DNA of 35,481 nucleotides from a virus (IMGVR_UViG_3300012664_000280:1-35481); one strand, 5' to 3'; numbered from the stretch's first letter, positions 1 to 9,951 are shown. Notes: generated from the sequence alone by a model not told the origin. Program-made: numbers and translations.

Positions 1-55
1 ATTGATTGCTACAATATTTCAGCTAGTTTTGAGGAAGTGTTTGATCTAGGATGAC
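1..55. repeat. Terminal direct repeat, left copy (assembly overlap of a circular contig)
   Basis: Bases 1-55 are identical to 35427-35481; the M-like ORF reads across the junction into L. Confidence 0.97.
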
Positions 56-758
56 ATACCCTTTAAAGATTGCTTCTGAGCTACAGAAATTAGCTCCTAA
101 TGCCATTATTGAGCTATTTCAGCTTGATGCTACTAGCTTTGGCGGAGATGTTTACTATTTTCATGCTGGCACTAATGGATTAACTCAGGCAGTTACTTGG
201 CAAGCTCAGGAATATCAGCCTTATCCAGTTCAGATCACAGGCTTTGAGTTCAGCGCAGGCGGTCAGCTTCCTAGACCTAAATTAATGGTTTCTAATCTAT
301 CAGGAATTATTACAGCGCTAGTTTTAGCTTATGATGATCTATTAGGCGCAAAGATTACTCGCAAGCGCACAATGCAAAAATATCTAGATGCTGTTAATTT
401 TTCGGGTGGTGTAAACCCTGATGCTGATCCTACTGCTGAGTTCCCTGATGATATTTACTTTATTGAAAGAAAAACAGGGGAAAGCAAGCAAGTTGTAGAG
501 TTTGAACTTTCCGCTTCTTTTGATGTCCAAGGAGTAAAACTTCCTAGAAGGCAGATCATTCAGAATATTTGCCCTTGGAAGTATAGGGGAGCTGAATGCG
601 GTTATGCTGGCACAAATTATTTCAATACCAATGATGATCCAGTAGGAACTTTAGGTCAAGATGTATGCGGTAAAAGAATCAGCTCTTGTGAAGCTAGATT
701 TGGTGTTAATGCTGAAATTCCTTTTGGCGGATTCCCTGCTGCAGCTCTATTGAAATGA
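51..758 (+). CDS. L: Lambda-like minor tail protein L
   Basis: C-terminal Cys pattern (CPWKYRGAECGY...DVCGKRISSCEARFG...FGGFP) typical of gpL; between M and K. Confidence 0.93.
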   Translation: MTYPLKIASELQKLAPNAIIELFQLDATSFGGDVYYFHAGTNGLTQAVTWQAQEYQPYPVQITGFEFSAGGQLPRPKLMVSNLSGIITALVLAYDDLLGAKITRKRTMQKYLDAVNFSGGVNPDADPTAEFPDDIYFIERKTGESKQVVEFELSASFDVQGVKLPRRQIIQNICPWKYRGAECGYAGTNYFNTNDDPVGTLGQDVCGKRISSCEARFGVNAEIPFGGFPAAALLK

Positions 759-1477
759 TCCTTTCTGATTCTGTCAAAGCAAGATTTGTAGATCAAGCCA
801 AAGCAGAAGATCCTAGAGAATGCTGTGGGCTAGTCATTATCAAAAATGGCAAGCAGCTCTATATCCCATGCAAAAACCTAGCAAGAGGAACTGATAACTT
901 TATTCTTGATCCACAGGATTATGAAAAGGCTGATATAGCTGGAGAAATAGTTGCGGTTATACACAGCCATCCAAATATGAGTGCAAAGCCTTCACAGGCT
1001 GATTTAGTGGCTTGTGAAGCTAGTGGATTGCCTTGGTTCATTATGGGCTATCCATCAGAGCAATGGGAATATATAGAGCCAAGCGGATATATAGCGCCTT
1101 TAGTTGGTCGGCAATGGTCGCATGGAGTTCTAGACTGTTATTCAATTATTAAAGATTGGTATCTACAAGAAAAAAATATTGAATTATTAAACTTTGAAAG
1201 AAGTGATGAATGGTGGAAAATAGGGGAAAATCTTTATTTAGATAATTTTGAAAAGGCTGGATTTAGGAAAATAATCATAGAAGAACTACACGCAGGAGAT
1301 GTTATTCTGATGTGCATAAATTCTACAGTTCCTAATCATGGCGCTATTTACTTGGGTGATGAGCAAATTTTGCATCATGTCCAAGGAAGATTATCTACAA
1401 GAGATGTTTATGGCGGATTTTGGCTTAAAAATACTTATGGTTATTTAAGATATGAAAAAGATACAACTTCTAGGTGA
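755..1477 (+). CDS. K: Tail assembly protein K (JAB/MPN + NlpC/P60)
   Basis: JAB motif E..HSHP...PSQAD, then DCYS...HGAIYLG...LHH; ATGA overlap with L. Confidence 0.93.
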   Translation: MILSDSVKARFVDQAKAEDPRECCGLVIIKNGKQLYIPCKNLARGTDNFILDPQDYEKADIAGEIVAVIHSHPNMSAKPSQADLVACEASGLPWFIMGYPSEQWEYIEPSGYIAPLVGRQWSHGVLDCYSIIKDWYLQEKNIELLNFERSDEWWKIGENLYLDNFEKAGFRKIIIEELHAGDVILMCINSTVPNHGAIYLGDEQILHHVQGRLSTRDVYGGFWLKNTYGYLRYEKDTTSR

Positions 1478-2027
1478 ATTAGGTAAGAAATTCGGCAAGA
1501 GCTTCTCAATGGATGTTAAGAATCCTGCTGAAGCTGTAAGAGCTTTATGCACTAATTTTCCAGCATTTAAACAGCATCTTATAGATTCTGAAAAAAGAGG
1601 TATTGCTTATAAAGTGCTAGTTGGCAAAGAAGCTCAATCTGTAGATGATCTTCATAATCCAGCAGGCAAGGAATCTATTAAATTAGTTCCTGTTTTACAA
1701 GGCGCAGGCGGTGGCGGAACTTTGAGTGTGATTATTGGAGCAGTTCTTATTGCAGCTTCATTTATTCCATTTTTAGCACCTATTTCTCCTTATTTAATGA
1801 GTGCTGGTATCGCTATGGTGATTGGTGGAGTAGTGCAGATGCTTACTCCAGTTCCCACTTTAAATTCAGATACTTCTAATAATCAGCCTGATAATAAGCC
1901 TTCCTATGTCTTTAATGGCGGAGTAAATACTTCTGCTCAAGGTTATCCTGTTCCTGTGGGATATGGTCGCATGATTGTAGGTAGTGCAGTTATCAGCGCT
2001 GGAATTGTTGCAGAGGAATTAGTATGA
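1452..2027 (+). CDS. I: Tail assembly protein I
   Basis: LLGELGKKFG N-terminus, hydrophobic middle, C-terminal QGYPVPVGYGRMIVGSAVIS. Confidence 0.92.
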   Translation: MKKIQLLGELGKKFGKSFSMDVKNPAEAVRALCTNFPAFKQHLIDSEKRGIAYKVLVGKEAQSVDDLHNPAGKESIKLVPVLQGAGGGGTLSVIIGAVLIAASFIPFLAPISPYLMSAGIAMVIGGVVQMLTPVPTLNSDTSNNQPDNKPSYVFNGGVNTSAQGYPVPVGYGRMIVGSAVISAGIVAEELV

Positions 2028-5000
2028 GCAAAAAGATTATTAGAGGTGCTGGCGGTGGTGGTGGAAAAGGCGGTGGCGGTGGCGGTGGTAGAGTTGCGCA
2101 AGAATCCCCTGATTCATTGCGATCCATTGCCTATGCTTCTGTATTAGATTTAGTTTCTGAGGGTGAAATTGAAGGTTTAGCTGATGGTTTGAAATCTGTT
2201 TATTTCAATCAAACCCCTTTGCAAAATGAAAATGGATCTTATAACTTTACAGGAGCTACAGTAGTTTCTACTACAGGAACTCAATCACAATCTTATATTG
2301 CTGGATTCCCATCAGTTGAAAATGAAATAGGTGTTTCTACTCAAGTTGAATATCCAACTCCTATTGTTAGACAGATTAGCAATGCTGATATAGATGCTGT
2401 CAGAGTTACTATCTCTATTCCACAGCTTACTCAGCAAAATACTTCTAATGGCGATTTAAATGGATCAACTGTTGAATATGCTATTGAAGTTCAATCTAAT
2501 GGCGGTGGATATATTCCACAAATCATAGGATCTGTATGGAGTGCAAATATTGTAAATATTGCATCTTCTACTTCTGCGCAAGCAACTCAGCCTTTATATC
2601 AAATTCAAATGGCTGTAACAGATACAAGCAATTCTGCAGTTTATGTAGCCCAATATAAACTGCAATCAGGAAGCACTTGGCTAACTGCTGGAATTACTCA
2701 AAGAACAGATCAGCAAACCAATGATACTTCATGGCAAGATGGAGAAGGTAACTGGTATAGCAGTTTAGAAACAGTAACCATTAAAACTTTTACAATGCCA
2801 TTTCAGAATTCAGGGTTATGGGAGATGCGCATTGTTATTACTTCAGGAAGCCCATATATAAGCTCAGTAAATGGTAATTATGGAATTCCATATGCAACTA
2901 TTACAGGAAAAACAACTTCTAAATATCAGAAAAGCCATAGGATTGAATTAACTGGAAATGCGCCTTGGGATATTAAGGTTCGCAGGATTACAGCAGATAG
3001 CACTTCTTCAGCATTGCAAAATAAGACTTTTTGGGATTCCTATACAGAAATTATTGATGGCAAGTTCCGCTATCCTAACTCAGCTATTGTAGGAGTTCGG
3101 ATTGATGCTTCTCAGTTTGATAGCATTCCTACTAGATCCTATGATCTAAAAATGCTCAAGGTTAAGATTCCATCTAATTACAATCCTGTAACTAGAGCCT
3201 ATACAGGAATTTGGGATGGAACTTTTAAAGTATCTTGGACAGATAATCCTGCATGGTGCTTTTATGATTTAATTACTAATGCTCGCTATGGATTAGGCGG
3301 ATTTATTGCTGAATCTCAGGTAGATAAATGGACTTTATATTCCATTGGTAAATATTGTGATGAGCTAGTTCCTGATGGATTTGGCGGAACTGAGCCAAGA
3401 TATACTTGTAATATATATTTTCAGACTAGAGATGAAGCCTATTCAGTAGTAAATAGCATGGCTTCTATTTTTAGAGGAATGCCTTATTGGGCTAGTGGCG
3501 CTATTACTCTTGGCTATGATGCTCCTGCTGATCCTGTTTACCAATTCTCTAATTCCAATGTAGTAGATGGCAGCTTCTCTTATCAAGGCAGCGCAATTAA
3601 AGCTCGCCATACTGTAGCTCTAGTTACTTGGAATGATCCTGATGATTTTTATCGCCAAAAGGTTGAATATGTAGAGGATGCTGATGGCATTGCTCGATAT
3701 GGCATTGTGCAATCTGAAGTAGTGGCGGTAGGCTGCACTTCTAGAGGTCAGGCTAATAGAGTTGGTAGATGGATTCTATTTACTGAGCAATCTGAAACAG
3801 AAATAGTTACTTTTAAAACAGGATTAGAAGGTAATCAGATTCGCCCAAGCAATATTATTCAAGTAGCAGATGAAGCTAGAGCTGGCACTCGCATTGGCGG
3901 TAGGATTTCTTCAGCTACAACTACAGTAGTAACAGTAGATCAGAATGTTAGCTCTATAGCTAATATTGCAACTGGAACTCTATCTGTAATCCTTCCTAGC
4001 GGAGCATTAGAGAGCAAATCTATTGTTTCTGTAGCTACAAATCAGATCACAGTATCTAGTGCATTTAGTGAAACTCCTGCGGTTAATGCTATTTGGATGG
4101 TGCAAACTTCTACACTATCTTTGCAAACTTTTAGAGTTACTTCCATCATAGAAGAAGCTGATGGACTATCTATTACAGCTCTCGCGCATAATCCTGATAA
4201 ATATGATGAAGTAGAGCTTGGATTAAAACTAGCGCCTAGGATAATCAGCAATCTTTCATTAGTTCCTGATCCGCCTGAGAATATTTCTGCATCAGAAGTT
4301 CTTTATGAGCAGGGAGCTGATGTTAATGTATTGGTTACTTTATCTTGGACACCAGTTAGCGGAGCTACAGCTTATCAAGTTTCTTATAAGGTAGGTGATC
4401 GCAACTTTATTAATCTTCCACAAACTCAAGCAACTTCTGTAGATATTCGCAATGCTCTAGATGGCATATATACTTTTAAAGTATTTGCTATAAATTCTAT
4501 TGGCAAGCGCAGCATTCCTACAACTGTTACACAAGAAATTTATGGAAAAACACTTCCGCCTGCAGATGTAACTAATTTTGCTGTAAATATCATTGGCACT
4601 CAGGCTCATCTATCTTGGAATCCTGTTCCTGATCTAGATTTGGCTTACTACAGAATCAGGCATTCTCGCCTTACTGTAGGCGCAACTTATTCTGATGCTA
4701 TTGATATTATTGATAAAGTAGCTCGCCCTGCTAATACAGCAGTAGTTCCAGCTATGACAGGAACTTACTTTATTAAGGCTTATGACAAGCTAGATAATGC
4801 TTCTATTAATCCAACTGGATCTGTAGCCATTATTAATGATATTAGCGGTTTAAATGTCATTGAAACTATTACAGAATCCCCTGCTTTCTTAGGTCAAAAA
4901 GTAGAATGCTCAGTAGGAGATGAAGGTTTAATCCTTGATACTTCTATTGATTTTGATGCTGCTACAGGGCTATTTGATAGCATGGTAGGTGATTTTGATG

Positions 5001-5641
5001 GTGGTGGCGGAACTACATCTACTGAAGGCACTTATTATTTTGAGAATTATCTTGATCTAGGCAATGTATATACAAGTAGGATTACTGCTTTTGTAGAAGT
5101 AGGTCGCATAGATTATGTTAATACTTTTGATTCTAAAGAAGGTGATTTTGATGCAGTTTCAGGTGATTTTGATGGCGATCCTGATGCCTTTGATGATACC
5201 AATGTAGAGTTATTAGTATCTACTACAGATGATGATCCAAATAGCTCTCCTGCAACTTGGACTGCTTACAGAAGATTCTTGGTAGGAGATTACAAAGCTA
5301 GAGGATTTAGATTTAAAGCTGTGCTTACTTCTGTAGATGAGAATGCAAGCCCAATCCTTAAAACTTTAACTATTGGTGTAGATATGCCTGATAGAGTGAT
5401 TGGCGGTAATGATATTGCTACTGGAACTGGATCAGGCGGTTACTCTGTAACTTTTGCTCCATCCTTTAAGGTAACTCCTTCTATTGGTATCATGGCTCAA
5501 AATTTGCAACAAGGGGATTTCTATGAAATACCCACAAAATCTGCATCAGGCTTTACAATTAGATTCAAGAATTCAGGCGGAACTGTGGTAAGTCGCACCT
5601 TTGACTATGTAGCCAAGGGCTATGGTGAGCTTGTAACCTAG
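2024..5641 (+). CDS. J: Tail tip / host-specificity protein J
   Basis: DLVSEGEIEG, WTDNPAWCFYDLITNARYGLG, GCTSRGQANRVGRW motifs; FN3-like repeats; 1205 aa. Confidence 0.93.
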   Translation: MSKKIIRGAGGGGGKGGGGGGGRVAQESPDSLRSIAYASVLDLVSEGEIEGLADGLKSVYFNQTPLQNENGSYNFTGATVVSTTGTQSQSYIAGFPSVENEIGVSTQVEYPTPIVRQISNADIDAVRVTISIPQLTQQNTSNGDLNGSTVEYAIEVQSNGGGYIPQIIGSVWSANIVNIASSTSAQATQPLYQIQMAVTDTSNSAVYVAQYKLQSGSTWLTAGITQRTDQQTNDTSWQDGEGNWYSSLETVTIKTFTMPFQNSGLWEMRIVITSGSPYISSVNGNYGIPYATITGKTTSKYQKSHRIELTGNAPWDIKVRRITADSTSSALQNKTFWDSYTEIIDGKFRYPNSAIVGVRIDASQFDSIPTRSYDLKMLKVKIPSNYNPVTRAYTGIWDGTFKVSWTDNPAWCFYDLITNARYGLGGFIAESQVDKWTLYSIGKYCDELVPDGFGGTEPRYTCNIYFQTRDEAYSVVNSMASIFRGMPYWASGAITLGYDAPADPVYQFSNSNVVDGSFSYQGSAIKARHTVALVTWNDPDDFYRQKVEYVEDADGIARYGIVQSEVVAVGCTSRGQANRVGRWILFTEQSETEIVTFKTGLEGNQIRPSNIIQVADEARAGTRIGGRISSATTTVVTVDQNVSSIANIATGTLSVILPSGALESKSIVSVATNQITVSSAFSETPAVNAIWMVQTSTLSLQTFRVTSIIEEADGLSITALAHNPDKYDEVELGLKLAPRIISNLSLVPDPPENISASEVLYEQGADVNVLVTLSWTPVSGATAYQVSYKVGDRNFINLPQTQATSVDIRNALDGIYTFKVFAINSIGKRSIPTTVTQEIYGKTLPPADVTNFAVNIIGTQAHLSWNPVPDLDLAYYRIRHSRLTVGATYSDAIDIIDKVARPANTAVVPAMTGTYFIKAYDKLDNASINPTGSVAIINDISGLNVIETITESPAFLGQKVECSVGDEGLILDTSIDFDAATGLFDSMVGDFDGGGGTTSTEGTYYFENYLDLGNVYTSRITAFVEVGRIDYVNTFDSKEGDFDAVSGDFDGDPDAFDDTNVELLVSTTDDDPNSSPATWTAYRRFLVGDYKARGFRFKAVLTSVDENASPILKTLTIGVDMPDRVIGGNDIATGTGSGGYSVTFAPSFKVTPSIGIMAQNLQQGDFYEIPTKSASGFTIRFKNSGGTVVSRTFDYVAKGYGELVT

Positions 5642-5649
5642 GAGAATAT

Positions 5650-7410
5650 ATGTCGCAACATGATCTAACTATTGCCAATCAAGGCTTTCCAGCATTTAGA
5701 GCAGATTTAAACTCAGCTCTGCAGGCTCTTGGCTCATGCCAATCAGGAACTTCTGCTCCTAGCCCTACTTTTGCTAATCAGCTTTGGTATGACACTACAA
5801 ACAATATTTTGAAGATCCGCAATGAAGATAATGATGCTTGGATCTCTATCGCAACTTTAGATCAATCAGGAGATTTAGTAGCTTTATTAGTTGCTAATAC
5901 TGTTAATTCTGTAGGCGATGCGACTATATCAGGTCTTACTGTTGGTAAGGGTGGTGGTGCTGTTGCTAATAATACGGCTGTTGGTCTTAATGCCTTAAAT
6001 GCTTCAGCTACAGGAACTGAAAACGCTGGCTTTGGACATTCAGCATTAAAAGCATTAACAAGCGGACAATACAATACTGGTATTGGTTATTTCGCTTTAG
6101 GTGCAAATACTACTGCAAATTCAAATACTGCTGTAGGAAATAGTGCATTAAGAGTTAATACTACAGGTGCTGGTAACTCTGCAGTAGGAGAGTCTGCATT
6201 AGTTTCTAACACTACTGGTGGCTCAAACACAGCGATTGGTTATGGTTCTTTAGTAAACAACACCACCGCAGATAACAACACAGCATTAGGTTATCAAGCA
6301 GCTTATAGCACAACAGGTGGAAATAATACTTTTTTGGGTAGGCAGGCTGGTTATGGTGTAACTACAGGAATTAGAAATACTGCCGTTGGTGCAAATGCAA
6401 TGGATACTGGTACTGGTGGAAATTATAATGCTGCCTTTGGTTGGAATGCGTTGGCATTTAATACGGCAGATTCTAATACAGCAATAGGTTATAGGGCAGC
6501 TTACGCAAACACTTCAGGTTCTAGCATAGTTGCTCTTGGTCAATTAGCGCTTACTGCCAATACTACTGGTTCTAGTAGCACAGCCGTAGGTTACCAATCT
6601 CTTAATGCAAACACTACAGGCAATAACAATCAAGCATTTGGTTATCAAGCAATGTATTCTGAAACTGCATCTGCTAATAATACTGCTTTAGGTTATAAGG
6701 CTCTATATACGCAAAATGGAGCAACTGAAAACTTAGCTGTTGGTCATTCTGCTTTGTATTCAAATACTACTGGCTCTTACAATACAGCTATTGGTGGTCG
6801 TAATACCATGTTTGCAAACACCACAGGAAATTACAATACTGTAATAGGCTGGCAATCAGGATTTGGAATTACTACTGGAACATATAATAGTATTTTAGGA
6901 AGCCAAGATTCTACACTAACAACTGGTTCTTACAACACTTTAATTGGTAGATATGCAAATGTTCAATCTAGTTCAACAAGTTATGCTTTAGTAATCAATA
7001 CAGACAATACTGCTAGAACAGATAAAGGTAATAGTTCAGGATATATTTTTACTGGTGGTTCAATGTATCAAGGCAATAACTCTGCTGCTTGGGCTATTAC
7101 TTCTGATGCAAGACTTAAAAAGAACATTGTTGATAACACAACTGGTTTAGATGCAATTTCAAAAATTCAAGTGCGTAATTTTGAATACCGCACCGCAAAT
7201 GAAATAACAGATTTGCCGAAAGACCAAGCCGTTGAAGTCAAAGGTGTTCAATTAGGTGCTATTGCACAAGAAATTCAAGCAATATTGCCTGATTGTGTAA
7301 AAACAGAATCAACTGGTGTAATGTCAGTAGATACAACTAATTTGACTTGGTATTTAATTAACGCAGTAAAAGAACTTAAAGCAGAAATTGACCAACTTAA
7401 AGGAAAATAA
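5650..7410 (+). CDS. Tail fibre with 14-aa repeats and C-terminal intramolecular chaperone (peptidase S74-like)
   Basis: Repeated NTA(V/I/L)G..AL..NTTG units; TSDARLKKNI cleavage motif; GAIAQEIQ; terminal coiled coil; AGGAG RBS. Confidence 0.88.
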   Translation: MSQHDLTIANQGFPAFRADLNSALQALGSCQSGTSAPSPTFANQLWYDTTNNILKIRNEDNDAWISIATLDQSGDLVALLVANTVNSVGDATISGLTVGKGGGAVANNTAVGLNALNASATGTENAGFGHSALKALTSGQYNTGIGYFALGANTTANSNTAVGNSALRVNTTGAGNSAVGESALVSNTTGGSNTAIGYGSLVNNTTADNNTALGYQAAYSTTGGNNTFLGRQAGYGVTTGIRNTAVGANAMDTGTGGNYNAAFGWNALAFNTADSNTAIGYRAAYANTSGSSIVALGQLALTANTTGSSSTAVGYQSLNANTTGNNNQAFGYQAMYSETASANNTALGYKALYTQNGATENLAVGHSALYSNTTGSYNTAIGGRNTMFANTTGNYNTVIGWQSGFGITTGTYNSILGSQDSTLTTGSYNTLIGRYANVQSSSTSYALVINTDNTARTDKGNSSGYIFTGGSMYQGNNSAAWAITSDARLKKNIVDNTTGLDAISKIQVRNFEYRTANEITDLPKDQAVEVKGVQLGAIAQEIQAILPDCVKTESTGVMSVDTTNLTWYLINAVKELKAEIDQLKGK

Positions 7411-7411
7411 A

Positions 7412-7630
7412 ATGATTGAACTAACCCAAGAACAAAAAGTAGCTAAAGACTATTCTGCCGCAATGGATAGCGTAAACCTATTATTAGCTGGCAAGCCTGA
7501 AAAGATGGATGATGCTGAATGGGCAGACTGCGTAGCTAGAAATAAAGAACACCTTGAAATTCAAATTGCTAAAGGTGCAGAATATTATGGCTCTAATGAT
7601 TTAAAGCCATTTAAGGATGCAGTTAAATGA
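7412..7630 (+). CDS. Fibre-associated hypothetical protein
   Basis: ATG 7412 follows AAGGA RBS (preferred over 7388); directly after the fibre and shares its composition. Confidence 0.7.
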   Translation: MIELTQEQKVAKDYSAAMDSVNLLLAGKPEKMDDAEWADCVARNKEHLEIQIAKGAEYYGSNDLKPFKDAVK

Positions 7631-7779
7631 TTAAGCTAGAACTCAATATTGAAGATATAAATTACATTCTTCAAACTCTTGGTCAATTACCTACTTCTAC
7701 AGGAGCTTGGGTTTTGCTTGCTAAGATTAAAGAGCAAGCTGATTCACAAGTTCAGCCTGAAGAAGCTCCAAAGGAATAA
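7627..7779 (+). CDS. Small hypothetical protein, 50 aa (MIKLELNIEDINYILQTLGQLP...)
   Basis: Hand-translated; ATGA overlap with upstream stop; fills the gap exactly. Confidence 0.7.
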   Translation: MIKLELNIEDINYILQTLGQLPTSTGAWVLLAKIKEQADSQVQPEEAPKE

Positions 7780-7781
7780 TC

Positions 7782-7964
7782 ATGATATTAGTATCTTGGC
7801 TATTTGACAAATTGGGCTATATGCCTAAAATCACAGTTGATACAACTTATCCTTTTCCTGCTACTCCTCAAGAATATTATGAGCATGAGTTTGAAAAGCC
7901 TATTAAGAAAAAGCCTGCAGCTAAAAAAACTGTAACTAAAAAGACTGTGAAGAAGAAAGCCTAA
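7782..7964 (+). CDS. Hypothetical protein with Lys-rich C-terminus
   Basis: AAGGA RBS; KKPAAKKTVTKKTVKKKA tail; tight operon packing. Confidence 0.65.
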   Translation: MILVSWLFDKLGYMPKITVDTTYPFPATPQEYYEHEFEKPIKKKPAAKKTVTKKTVKKKA

Positions 7965-7965
7965 A

Positions 7966-8283
7966 ATGATGGAAAAAGATCCTACATCCTATTCTTTGCT
8001 TACCTATTTATGGGTGTTTGGATTAGCGGTTCTTGGGGGAGTTGTAAACTTTATGCGAAAACTACAACAAGGTCATGCTAGGGCTTTTAATATTATTGAA
8101 TTTGTCGGTGAAATAGTAACTTCAGCCTTTGCTGGAGTTATTACTTTTTGGCTGTGCGAGAATGCAAATCTTTCTCCGCTAATCACAGCAGCCTTTGTAG
8201 GTGTATCAGGTCATATGGGATCTAGAGCTATCTTCACTTTTGAAGAATTCTTGAAAACTAAATTCCCTTCAGAGCCAAAATGA
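7966..8283 (+). CDS. Holin (LydA-like, about 3 TM)
   Basis: 105 aa, three hydrophobic segments, LGGVVNF...GVSGHMGSRAI; upstream of spanins and endolysin. Confidence 0.8.
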   Translation: MMEKDPTSYSLLTYLWVFGLAVLGGVVNFMRKLQQGHARAFNIIEFVGEIVTSAFAGVITFWLCENANLSPLITAAFVGVSGHMGSRAIFTFEEFLKTKFPSEPK

Positions 8284-9014
8284 GCATTAATGAATCGCTT
8301 ACTAGGTGGAATAAATCTGAGCCTTTTGAGCTACAAGTAGCTAGAGGGCAAATCAGAGGGCATCAAAGCCTTAATATTTCAGGCTATCAAGCATCAGTAG
8401 ATGGCGCTTTTATCCCAATTTGGGAGAATGCTACTGCTTATACCTATCCTACTTCTGCAATGCAGATGACTTTGTATAGCTCATCAGCATCAGATACAGC
8501 AGTTTCTATATTAATCAATGGCTTGGATGCTAATTATGATCCTATATCTGAAAATCTTATCCTAACTAATGGCACTACTGGAGTTTCTACAGTTAAAAGC
8601 TATTTCAGAATCAATAGCATTTCTGTTACTGGCACAGTTAATCCAGTAGGCGCTATAAGCCTTTCTAACAGCGCAAAGACTGTAACTTATGCAAAGATAG
8701 CCAATGGCAATGGTCGCAGCTCTATGACTGTTTATACAGTTCCTAGGGGTTATACTTTTTACCTAGCTAAAGTAAATTGCTATACAAATCAAAGCAATAA
8801 TCAAGTTACTACTTATAGAGCCTATACAGTTAATGCAAATGGCATTACAAATGCTGTATTAAATGCTCCATTTACTCAGGCTTATATATCTGATAAATCA
8901 GTTCCTAGACCATATTTAGAAAAAACTGATTGCCAATGGCAATGCACTTGTAGCGCTACTGCTGCTATTGGTTTGCAGATTGAAGGCATCCTTATCAAAA
9001 ATGAGGATGTATGA
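8280..9014 (+). CDS. Hypothetical Ser/Thr-rich beta-rich protein, possibly virion-associated
   Basis: 244-aa ORF with ATGA overlaps at both ends; function not recognised. Confidence 0.65.
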   Translation: MSINESLTRWNKSEPFELQVARGQIRGHQSLNISGYQASVDGAFIPIWENATAYTYPTSAMQMTLYSSSASDTAVSILINGLDANYDPISENLILTNGTTGVSTVKSYFRINSISVTGTVNPVGAISLSNSAKTVTYAKIANGNGRSSMTVYTVPRGYTFYLAKVNCYTNQSNNQVTTYRAYTVNANGITNAVLNAPFTQAYISDKSVPRPYLEKTDCQWQCTCSATAAIGLQIEGILIKNEDV

Positions 9015-9553
9015 TCTATTTTTACTATGCTTTCTTAGTTCCGCTTTCATTGATCTACACCCTGATTGCAATAGTTTTTGCGCCTGTAATGGTGCTATTT
9101 GCTACTGAGCAATATGGCTGGTTAGACAATCAAGCTAAAACAGGCTTTGGCTATCGGCTGCCTAAGATCTTAAATGTCTTTATGACACCTGATAACTCAT
9201 TAGAAGGTGATGCTACTTTTGAGAAGCTCAATCCGCCTAGCTATTGGTCAAGAGTTAAATGGCTATGGCGCAATCCTGCTTATTCTTTTGCTATGAAGCA
9301 TATTGATACAAAGATGAATATACCTGTTTTGTATGGCAATGATTCCATTAAAGACAATGACAATGCGGTAGCTGGATGGTGCTTTGTTAAGTGCGCTGGA
9401 TTGTTTCAGTTTACTTGGGTTAAGCCAATAGGCTTTAATCGCTGCATTTATTGTGTTTTAGGCTGGAATATTAGAGGAACTCTGCATCAAGAGCCATCAA
9501 CTAACTATCAAGCTACTTTTGCTTTCTCTCCTAGAATCTCAGGCTTTAGATGA
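9011..9553 (+). CDS. Hypothetical membrane protein
   Basis: Hydrophobic N-terminal 30 aa; TPDNSLEGD and WLWRNPAY motifs; coupled at both ends. Confidence 0.65.
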   Translation: MIYFYYAFLVPLSLIYTLIAIVFAPVMVLFATEQYGWLDNQAKTGFGYRLPKILNVFMTPDNSLEGDATFEKLNPPSYWSRVKWLWRNPAYSFAMKHIDTKMNIPVLYGNDSIKDNDNAVAGWCFVKCAGLFQFTWVKPIGFNRCIYCVLGWNIRGTLHQEPSTNYQATFAFSPRISGFR

Positions 9554-9951
9554 ATCCTACAATGATCTATGGCGCTATTGGCGCAGTTATCGCTTCTTTC
9601 CTATTGGGATTTGGCTCAGGCTGGAAGTTTGAGAATGGTCGCTTTATGGACTTTAAAGAAGAAATAGCTGTAGTTGCTGCCAAAAAAGAAGCTGAAAATA
9701 TCAGCATTCAAAAGCAATCTGATTTAGTAACTAAAGGAATCAAAAATGAATATGAAGCTAGGATTTCTGCTTTGCGGAACTATTATTCTTCAGGCTTGCG
9801 CAACTCCAGTAGCGGTGAACTGTCCGCCATTCCCCAATCCACCATCAGCATTGATGGAAAAGCCACCAACTTACAACTTGCTTGCGCCTATACAACTCAG
9901 CAATTAGTAAGCCTTCAGGATTGGATTAAAGCTCAGGCAGGCATCCAATGA
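9550..9951 (+). CDS. Rz: Inner-membrane spanin (Rz-like)
   Basis: N-terminal TM plus helical periplasmic domain; contains an embedded lipoprotein gene in the +1 frame. Confidence 0.82.
   Translation: MNPTMIYGAIGAVIASFLLGFGSGWKFENGRFMDFKEEIAVVAAKKEAENISIQKQSDLVTKGIKNEYEARISALRNYYSSGLRNSSSGELSAIPQSTISIDGKATNLQLACAYTTQQLVSLQDWIKAQAGIQ
9746..9907 (+). CDS. Rz1: Outer-membrane spanin lipoprotein (Rz1-like), embedded in Rz
   Basis: Hand-translated MNMKLGFLLCGTIILQAC-ATPVAVNCPPFPNPPSALMEKPP...; lipobox LQAC, Pro-rich; AAAGGA RBS at 9733-9738; absent from ORF track. Confidence 0.85.
   Translation: MNMKLGFLLCGTIILQACATPVAVNCPPFPNPPSALMEKPPTYNLLAPIQLSN

Noticed and set aside
2048-2089. GGT/GGC microsatellite at the start of J as a phase-variation tract
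   Set aside because: In-frame mixed Gly codons encoding the usual Gly-rich N-terminus of J proteins
5960-6960. Periodic repeats as CRISPR, DGR or VNTR
   Set aside because: Repeats are protein-level 14-aa fibre units with diverged codons; no identical DNA repeats with spacers and no reverse transcriptase
7966-7971. Holin/antiholin dual start (ATG ATG)
   Set aside because: Adjacent Met codons with no intervening charged residue, unlike the lambda S Met-Lys-Met motif
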